Of a stretch of DNA of 64,000 bases, positions 53,136 to 64,000 are shown one piece after another. The number at the start of each line of letters is the position of its first letter. The first letter of the stretch is position 1. The position numbers and the translations under genes are program-made. This DNA comes from Octopus sinensis (lineage: Eukaryota). The notes below the pieces were generated by a model. The model saw only the letters and a list, made by a program, of their open reading frames with translations. It did not search any database and was not told the origin of the DNA. The DNA is taken from assembly GCF_006345805.1 (NCBI RefSeq), contig NC_042998.1, forward strand, positions 66,898,001 to 66,962,000, given 5' to 3'.

Positions 53136-53649
53136 AAAGTGACAAAGTTACAACGTTGTCAAATGTGAAAGCCGCCATCACTAATTCGATTTGGGGCTCG
53201 AAAAAGGACGTTGCGTATCGAAACGAATGGTTATTATCTCTGGTTAGAGATGCCATCGAAATCTAAGTTGTTTTGCTTAAGACAATAAAATCGATGGATA
53301 ATTATCGTGTACAGTTTAAGTTTTGTTGTTTTGTTGTTTTTCAGTTTCGGTTGTTATTAATGTGTTTGTGTAATTTTGTGTTTTCGTTGATGGGATCCTA
53401 TTTTGCTGTGGTTGGAATGGGTATGAAAGGGCTGTAGATGTGTCATTTGTGTTGCTTTTGTTGTGTCCTCAAATGGCGCTCTGTAATTTCCTACTCTTTC
53501 GTTTTCTGCCTTTTGCTGTTTCGGCCTATTCTCCATGTCATTCCCCAGGGTATCATTGAGAGGTGGATAAAACTAACCGAAGCTTGTGGGTATCTGAGTT
53601 GTTGTTTTTGCTGTTGATGGTGGTGGTTTCAGGAGCATTGTTCTCCAAA

Positions 53650-53985
<336 letters not shown>

Positions 53986-56265
53986 TTTGGTTCAAATTAA
54001 TTTGATGATAAAAGAAAGGAGGAACAACAATATTAATGGTTGTAAATCTAGGTATCTATCACATTCAAGTTTCTAAAACAAAGAATAAGCCATGGAAGTT
54101 ATTTCATTCATATTAGCTTATTTACTTAATTATTTAATTAAAAAAAACAACTATCACGATGCGTTTTTGTATATTTCTATTTGAGTTCTCTCTATTTATT
54201 TCCCCGTTAGCTTCGCGTGGTGTATTCACTAGACGATGACACGACTTCTTGGTAGAAATAGGTCTTAATTCGATTACATATTGTCTTCATGGGAAAAAAA
54301 AAGCTACTAGAAACTTCATTAACAACAAGCGAAAACGCAGCACGATAGAGAAGAAAGAATATAATGACTATTTACAAACACATTGACACAAGAAATATCT
54401 GCAGCAGGCGTAATACCACAAAAATATAGTATAACCAATAACAAAACGGAGAAAAAATATTAAAAGAAACAATGTGTTCCATAAAAGTTATCATTTGAAA
54501 TAAAACATTAGGCTCGGCACTTTGTAGCATGTAAAAAAACAACTATTGGTATTGTTATTCTTGTTGAGAAAATGTTTCAAATGTGACCATCCTGACATTT
54601 TCCCTTATATTTCTGTCATAGTGCATCGAGAATGACATAATGCAAAATACCTAAAATTTTAGGAAACTGATAGTTCTGAATTTAAGGACATGTGGCAGGT
54701 TGAGCGACAAGCTGCAATCTTCGGAGTTGGCTCCTAAAAGTCACACGTTGATCCGGGGCAACATTGCATTGGATATAATAAAATCTTAGCCCAAACATTC
54801 TGAAGGTGGTTTTGATTTTGGCTTAGTCAGAAAAACAAGAGTAATTTCTATAACCTTAAGTAGAGCTTCCAGATTGAGATTGGAGACTTAGTTTATATGC
54901 AAACAATTGATCCATGCCCCCTTAAATTCATACAAATCCAGGTAGAATCGTATTTTAGTACATTAATTTCTTTGATAACGAAATTAGTAACGCGTATTTG
55001 ACCCCCACCCACATTTAACAAACGTAAAAAAAGGAAAATGTTTCTCAAAATACATCTTGTATTTGAACATATTATTTATAGCCATCAATGTCAGGAACAC
55101 ATTATGTTTCTCTGTAACTATATAGGGGACGTCTTTCAAGTACACTTTGTTTTTTCTCTTGACCGATTTTAGTTTTTGAAATATATTTCTATTGAGTTTC
55201 GTTTTCCACATAAATGATTTCATTTTTCATGTAACCACTTGATAGCCTGTCATGTGTTTCATACAAATAACTTGCAAGAAACAAACTTGCGGAAAGAGAA
55301 TGATAAAAAAAAAATTACTTTGTAGTCAGGAATTTAAAAGCATAAAAAAAAAACAAATTGGACGTACAGGCTTCACAAAATTCTGGGTGTGCAGAGTGGA
55401 CACTGAAGCCGTTGATCAAAGGAATAAGATTAAAAGAGAGGAAACTATACAGTATTTTGCTTTCCTTTTTAGATTCTGAATATGTTGGATTGGGGGTGGG
55501 ATATTGTACACAGGAATAATTGTGAAAACACATTATCAGTAATGGGAACTAATGATCTTTTATAAAAATCTGAATTATGTTGCTCAAATCACAACCGATC
55601 ACATTAAAGATGGAGAATGTATTGAATCATGTAGCCTCATGTACTGCGAACAAAGACAGCGTAGCTTTAATTCACAGGTCAATCCATTACAGATGCATAG
55701 AGAAAATACGATAGCTTTGTAACAGAGGAGTTTTATTAATCTAATTAACTAAAATTACAACAGAGAACAGGTAGTTAGTTCTTCGACTTATGAGTGAACA
55801 AGAAAGGCAAACTAAAGATACTTTAAGCCGGAATGCAAGGGCTTTCCGAAAGATAATATAATAGTCATTTCAACGGAGGATTTCCCGTTCTAGCAACTCA
55901 ACTAACAATTAGAAATCTAAAAATGACTGTCAGAAAGAACGATATTCGGAATGTCAACAATTTCAACAAATCATGTATCATGTGATGAGAGAGAAAAAAA
56001 AATCACGCACACACGCTCAGCAGGACGAGCAATAGCTCAAACACCTGCACAAAGCAACAGAAAAAATGAAAAATATATCGAAAAGAAACTACCAGCAAAA
56101 TAATCATGATCATGATCAGTACCGTCAGAAATTTCGACATTAAGAGCAAAAAAAGGTAACAAACAAACGACAGGAGAGAACGGAAAAAAATGTATGTGAT
56201 TATGAAAACAAGAGCATCAATGTTAGGAAAATAGCCAAATAAATAAATAGACGATGATAATGATG

Positions 56266-56297
<32 letters not shown>

Positions 56298-56467
56298 AAC
56301 AATAATAATAATAATAATAAAGAAAAACCTGATATCAGCTAGCTTCAGAAACAGTCGGAAAAAACAAAGCGACAGGAATCAATAACTAAACGTGAAAACT
56401 ATATGTATATATGAATGTATGTATATATGTATATATGAATGTATATATACATTTCTTTCGTATATGT

Positions 56468-56513
<46 letters not shown>

Positions 56514-56861
56514 ATGTATGCTTATGTTTATACATATATTTATATATATGTATGCATATGCTTATATGTATGTATATATATATATATATATACATACATA
56601 TACATATATATATATATACGTATATGTTTATGTATGTATACGTTGTATGTTACGTACACAAACGTAACACAACAGAAAGAGAAACAAAGGGAGTACAGCA
56701 AATGTCAGTAGTCAGAAAATATCAACAGCAGCATCAAGTATAACAACAACAAAAATTAAAAAACATAAACAGTAATAAGACAAACAATAACAACGTGAGC
56801 AACAAAATATTTATCGAAACTCACACATATGTATGCACGCACACACAAACACACACACACG

Positions 56862-56892
<31 letters not shown>

Positions 56893-57038
56893 ACACTCAC
56901 ACACACTCATGCAGCAAATAAAATTGAATAAATACCACAATCATGAACGTGATGTTGGAATATCCAGCAACTTCACTTTGATGTTACGTTACTTGGAGAT
57001 AAAAAGAAAACTAAATTAAATAAACTACTTGCCCATGC

Positions 57039-57071
<33 letters not shown>

Positions 57072-57100
57072 ATATATATATAATATATATATATATATAT

Positions 57101-57132
<32 letters not shown>

Positions 57133-57155
57133 CGCATGCATGTGTATGTGTGTAT

Positions 57156-57226
<71 letters not shown>

Positions 57227-57368
57227 CATACTTACATATATATATACATGGACATTTAAATATATATATATATATGCGTATGCATGTATACATGCATATA
57301 TATACATACGTATGCATATGTACATGCATATATATATATATATGTATATATGAATGTATGTATATATG

Positions 57369-57399
<31 letters not shown>

Positions 57400-57427
57400 T
57401 ATATATATGTATGCATATGCTTATATG

Positions 57428-57458
<31 letters not shown>

Positions 57459-57466
57459 CTATATAT

Positions 57467-57508
<42 letters not shown>

Positions 57509-60500
57509 ATATGTATATATATGTATGTGTGTGGTATATGCAGGTATACATTTATATAAATATAGATATATAAATGTGTATGTATATATAAGTATATACA
57601 TATATTTTTTTATATATGTACACACAGAAGCACGCACACACACACATATATATATATACACACACGCGTATGTGTATACGTATGCATGAGTAGGTGCATA
57701 TACAGCGATAAAAATTTAAAGATACGAAAGTAGATAAAATAAATACACAGCAAATATACACTAAAAGATGCAAAAAATATAAATATGGACAGTTGTGCTG
57801 CAAATTTCATTTCACTGAGTTTAGTTGAATGATGGACTTTTTTCTGACATGTTGCATGGTGATTGGGTAAACAGTGAAGATATATATATATATATTCATG
57901 CATAGTTACATACATCCATATATGTATGTATGTGTACATACATGTATGTATATATATATATATACTTATAGTTGCATATATATATGTGTGTGTGTCCAAA
58001 AAAATATATGGGCAGTAGACTCGTAATATTGTAGCATGAAAGGTGATTTAGAGTGAATACCATAGAAACTTGTCTTCGAGACTATAACACCGTTAGTGAA
58101 AACCCCCCATTACAAAATCGCAAGCTGTAAACTCCGCCATTACAAAATCGCATAGGAATGGTAGTGGAATTTTAGATTACGCGGGAAACATCTAGTTAGC
58201 CATTTGCGGAATTAATGAATGCTGAGCTAGAAATGCCACACTGAGTACAGACCACAGAGACAAAGCTCGTATTTGGCTGCTATAAGAAGTATGTGGTATC
58301 AAAATATTTCATTACATAGCATGCCTAACTATAATGTATGTATAAGTCGCACGGGGGCTGCTTAAAACAATGAGGCATTGAAGAGGGTAGAGAGCCTAGG
58401 TCTAAGCCGAGCGTCTCCTCACTTCTTGAAGGAAATGAAACAAAGATATGAAGTGTAAAGGCAGGTGTCTTCATCTGTCTGTCACTCGTAGATACTAACT
58501 GCATTGTGCCATGCCAAGCTCCGACGGCTTTGGTCTATACATTTAAAAAGATTGATAGACTGATTAAAACACTATTTAGAGTGGTGCTTGAAATATGAAG
58601 CAGACTGATATATAATCAGGTTATAGACCAGTGTCTTTTCGAAATCAATTTCGATAGACTTGATTGGCAAAATGCTGCTATTAGAAATTTAAAAAAAAGA
58701 CGCTGGTGCTTGGCTGGATATATAGTTATATCGCATGTGTACTTGAAAGTAAATATGATAATGTGAGTGGGGTATCTGAATTACTTAAATAGGGGCTCTG
58801 GGTGTACTATGCCTATTCAGCGTGACCATAGGGAAGACTAAACTTCAAAATTTGAAGTGAAAATGTGAAAAAAGTTATGTCACGTATCAGCTGAAATTTA
58901 CGTTTAAGACTCACATTATATGCTATGGCATGATGACATGAAGGGTGAGACAATCTTCCTGATGGAGTGATAGATAAATTATATTCAATTACAGTAGTCT
59001 CAAAAGAAGTGAAGTAATTGTAGTAAATATCAGTGACCCATTAGATGTTAATCTCTTTTGCCAAAGTCATGTAAAAAAGATCATCAGTGGTGAACAACCA
59101 GAAAATATGAAACTTATGTAGCCTGGATGCAAAATTCTGATTCGCATTTATAATCATCAGTGCTCAAGGTTAAATAATATCTGATTTGTGTGTTTAATTA
59201 GGAAATACCAGACATTATTTACAAAAAAAATATAAATGAAGTGACTTCTATGTTACAACAGCACCAAAGACTTTGGAAGTATTTGAATATTTCTATATTA
59301 GTCGCTTTCGATATGTGAAACGCATAAACTGCATTTCATACTGCACGTAATGAGATTAAATGTCGAAAACGTGTGTGTGTGCATTTCTGGGTATTATGTG
59401 CGTGTGAGCATGTGTGCGAGTGTGTGTGGAGAGAGAAAACTTCTCTTTTGTCTATTTTTTTACATTTTAACGGCAATTAACTGTAATTTCTACCGAACGG
59501 TACCACGAAAGATATATAATAACACCATACAAGGTAGCCTTAAGTAGCCATACTAACTACTGTAATAAATAGCAGCCAACAACTCACAAATTTTGCACTC
59601 TAACTTCTGTAAGGAATGGAAATATCTTATATAACGTTAAACTTTATACACTACGTCTGACCAAAGAAAGAAAGAAAAAAGGCGAGATAGTCATGACTAG
59701 CATGGTTTAATCATTGCCTTGCCTAATATGAACTGACCCGAAGCTAAACCATAACAACAAGAACAACAATAATTATAGACTGAAAAACGTATCAATAACT
59801 CCCCGCTCTCCGGTAATTGGTGGATGTTACATGACTACGCAGTACATTAGGAAACTCCAAATTGTATTTGCGTGTTTCAGATCGAAATAAGAATTGGTTA
59901 GTTGTGAACGCAAAATAAATTTATCTAATTTTCGATAGTGAATCTTCATTGAATATTTCCCATGTGTGAGGTAACCAATTGATCCACTCGTTTCTTGCGA
60001 TTTAATCAACTCATAGCCAGAGGAAAATTGTCTAAGTTATTGTTACAGTAGACTTTATATCTGCGATAGAGAAGCAGCTTTTGATGAATTTCTTAACAGA
60101 ATGTTACTCAATAGATAAATTCATAGGTGTTTCGTCTGCTTCTCAACAGTGAAGTGCTGTATATTGTAGACGCACTATGTATTAAGTGGTTGAAAGAAAT
60201 CACATTTTTCTATTCTATCAAAGCTTCTCTGAATGTTTCAATTTCTTTTTCTGTCGCCTATCACTCTGTACACTTTATCTAGCTATTAATTATTTATCTA
60301 CCTACCGATTCCCTTTCTCATTCTCTGAACACATATACATACATACAAACACACATAAATATACACACACACACATATATATATGCTCATAGATATACAG
60401 ACACACATATGTATGTAAGGACAAATATACATATGTACATATATTTGTATGTGTGTGCGTGCGTGCATGCGTGCGCATGTGTGCGTGTGCATACTGGGTG

Positions 60501-60520
60501 TTATGATATGAAGAAATATA

Positions 60521-60738
60521 AAGGCGGTGAGCTACCAGAAACGTTAGCACGTCGGGCGAAATGCTGAGCGGTATTTCGTCTGTCTTTAGGTTCTGAGTTG
60601 AAATTCCGCCTGGAGTCGACTTTGCCTTTCATCCATTCGGGGTCGATATATTAAGTACCAGTTGCGTACTGGAGTCGATTTAATCGACTGGCCCCTCTCA
60701 CCAAAATTTCGGGCCTTGTGCTTAGAGTAGAAAAGGAT
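60521..60738 (+). mobile_element. Near-complete tRNA-derived SINE
   Basis: aaggcggtgagctaccagaaacgttagcacgtcgggcgaaatgc...ggttctgagttgaaattccgcc...gactttgcctttcatcc...attaagtaccagttgcgtactgg. Confidence 0.9.
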
Positions 60739-61315
60739 ACGAAGAAATATGAACTCAAAAGTACAAGTCTATGAATCAGCGTCATGAATATTTGTACACT
60801 CCGTGTCTAATTGTGGGGGATAGTGATACGGCCTTTGTTAGTGTACAGAGATCAACTGAAAATATCCAGCATGATAGCCAAATAGCAATCGCAACTCACC
60901 AGCAATAGCATTCACTTCGTTTCAATACTCCTTCAAATATGACTTTGGACATATGACAATAATATACAATGCAATTAGATGCAATTAGATGTGGATAAAC
61001 GTCTCCTCCAAATAGAATCCTCTTTCATTTACAGAGAGTGTAAATGTAGTTTTATCTACATCCCTTTAACTGTTACGTCGGAGATGTACACCTGGATAAT
61101 ACTCCGAGACTAAAGAGGTTTTATAGTGTCGATTTGTGGCGATAAGCGCACCTAAATTAGGAGTAATATTGTTGAAAATCTTAAAAAAAAAGAATACATT
61201 CATTAATATGCTGCCGTTCAAACATCAGATCAAAACTGCGAACTGAAGATATTTCGAGACACATCGAAAATGTCTATTACCTGAAACGGCAACATCAAGT
61301 ATTATCGGCTTGAAC

Positions 61316-61424
<109 letters not shown>

Positions 61425-62047
61425 CTGTTAGTTCAACTCTCCTAATTTCCTAACTCTTCTTATATACTTCACATTTGGAGTAACTACCAGTTGATCAACG
61501 GTTCGATGTAATCGACTTACTCTCCTCCCCCGGAATTATTTTCCTTGTGCCAACAAGTTGGAAACGTTTTTGTTTCCACGTCGTATAATTACCCAGAAAT
61601 TGAAATTACATTACAAGTATTAAAGAACGTACAAACTTGGGCATCAGTTACTATAGTTTATATCACCCCTATGTAGTACAGTACTCAATACCACTTCAAG
61701 GTACCGTGGGCAAGATTCTACTATCATTGCTTCAGGTTGACCAAACACTTGTGAGTGTAATGTAACATATAGTAAACGGAAGTTTTCGAACAAATATAGA
61801 AGGATGTTGGTAAATGCACAGTCATATACATATATGTTACGTACAAATACATATACCTATAATGTGTAAGAATGTGCGCACGTTCGATCGAACAAATCAC
61901 TTTCTCCTGAATTAACATTTAAGTAGCTGAACATTCCACACACTCGTGTATGCTTTACTTAATTCACACTTTCATTAATTATGTCAAAGAACATGCGACA
62001 AGGCTGTACATTGGATTTACAGGGGTTTCTGTATAGATTCTGCTTAC

Positions 62048-62117
62048 CTGTTTCCATCACAAAATATAGGTCAATACGAGAGGATCTAAATCTTTCGACA
62101 CTTCTAAACATCCACTT
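62048..62117 (-). other. Candidate 70-nt coding exon
   Basis: Boundaries tgtatatttcagtttag| and ACAG|GTAAGC; open as KWMFRSVERFRSSRIDLYFVMET(G). Confidence 0.3.
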
Positions 62118-63136
62118 CTAAACTGAAATATACAATGCATGTAAGCCTGTTCAGAACAATATTTTTATTAATAAGAAATTCCTAGCAACGTTACCAACAG
62201 ATTTAGATCAGAAGATAAACGTGGGATTGGGAGCTCCGATAAAACCCTTGGGTATTTTCTAATATACTCATACATATACGTGTGTGTATATGTCGGTGTG
62301 TGTATGAAAGAGAAAGGGAGAAAAAAAGAGTATGTGTGTATGTGTGTGTGTCTGTTGAAACCTACATTACAATTATAAATTGAACTATCACCTAGTTTCA
62401 ATGACATAGTTTGAGATGCTATGTTTAAATAAATTACACTACATAAGTGTCGATTGAAAAGCATTCACATATTTAGATAAACAGAAAAAAAACAGCATGT
62501 GTAGTCAGGTTTCAATAAATAAATATACATATATATATAATATAATATATATATGTATATGTATGTATATATTTATGTATATCATACATACATATACATA
62601 TATAATATGATATATATATGTATATACACACACGCAGTTACACACACACACATATACACAGATAAATGTATACGTGTGTGCGTATGTCTGTGTGTTACTG
62701 TGTGTGTGCGCAGCGCGTGTAGGTGTTTGTGTGAATTAGTGATTATAAACAAAGTGAAAGTATGACATGTGAATGTAACATATCATTGGTACTAGAATAA
62801 TTTTTTTGAATAAAATAAAACATTATTCCATATTTTCCCATATATTTTACTCTTCTCTTCGAATATATTTTTTGGTTATAAAATTCAGTTCAAAATCGAT
62901 TAAAATATTACAAGTGGAATTTTTCAGAAATTTTTAATTTTCGTAATAATAATTTTTTTCTTAAATTTTTCCAATATCATAATCTACTTTTTTTCAATAA
63001 TTAAAGGAAGTATCATTTTTGTTTTGTTTTATCATTTGTATCTTTTTTAACTATGTTCACTTTATACAGTTCTTTTCTATATTGGAATAATAAAAGTCTG
63101 GTTTTATTTTCAGTTATATTTGTCTCTATGTATTAT

Positions 63137-63183
<47 letters not shown>

Positions 63184-63802
63184 TATGTATATGGGGTGGG
63201 TGTATGTGTGTGTGTGCATGCATATATATAAATATATTTATGTAGGTATGCATATATACATATATATATATATATATATCTTTACACACATATCCGATAT
63301 TTCCTCTACAACATGCTCTTGTATACATGCTCGTATTTTTAATTTTCAATCCCAAAACACCAAACCATGTGGAATAGATTCCACATATTCCACGAGATAC
63401 TTAAATGTATTCCAATATAAGACTTTTTTGTGATTTGATTTATTGTAGTTGTTACATACACACATACACACATACACACATACCCACATACACGCATCTA
63501 CACACACATGCAAAACTTTATACTGACATATTCATACAAATACAACATTTTATTTTAAGCATTTGCTGTTTTGGTAAGCATTATTTCGAATAGTGTACGT
63601 TTCTGAGTTCGATCCTTGTAAAAAATACTTTGTGCAAATGCTTTATACTCTACGTCCGTGTTAACCTATGGGTTCTGAAAGAAATTCGGTTAACGGAATC
63701 AGTTTGAGGAGATTAAAGCAGATGTTAGTTTAGCGAACGACGTCTTTCACTGGTTGAACACAATCATTAGACATCTTTAACATTAAAAATGTACAAACCA
63801 TA

Positions 63803-64000
<198 letters not shown>

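Noticed and set aside
58000-59300. Possible decayed hAT transposase (KYDNVSGVSELLK)
   Set aside because: Similarity is too weak, stops are frequent and no TIRs were found. Only a 16-bp direct repeat (ccattacaaaatcgca twice) is certain.

Overview
This is AT-rich, repeat-dominated animal genomic DNA. It looks like octopus/coleoid DNA, inferred from the microsatellite load, tRNA-derived SINEs and R4/Dong and Penelope-like retroelements; species cannot be determined from the sequence. No intact, nameable protein-coding gene is visible, and nearly all ORFs in the track are translated microsatellites. Recognisable mobile DNA: a head-to-tail stack of four R4/Dong-type LINE fragments (10.2-14.2 kb) plus more R4 ends in (TAA)n tracts at 52.6-53.9 kb; a full-length but disrupted mariner (32147-33430); an internally deleted Tigger/pogo (34481-35344); a Penelope-like GIY-YIG fragment (28.1-28.8 kb); CR1/L2-like fragments; Helitron-like remnants; and many SINEs. 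The most unusual structures are three large fold-back inverted repeats (20229-21386, 40545-41604, 41785-43413). Two of them share an 'inverted copy + direct terminal repeats' layout. Minimal hammerhead-ribozyme-like motifs also occur in short repeats beside (TA)n tracts, the best at 33751-33794. Together these suggest non-coding Penelope-dependent (retrozyme-like) elements, but a long-read fold-back artefact must be excluded. Several low-confidence small-exon chains on both strands may belong to unidentified host genes or pseudogenes. All motif calls were made by eye, without database searches or folding programs.
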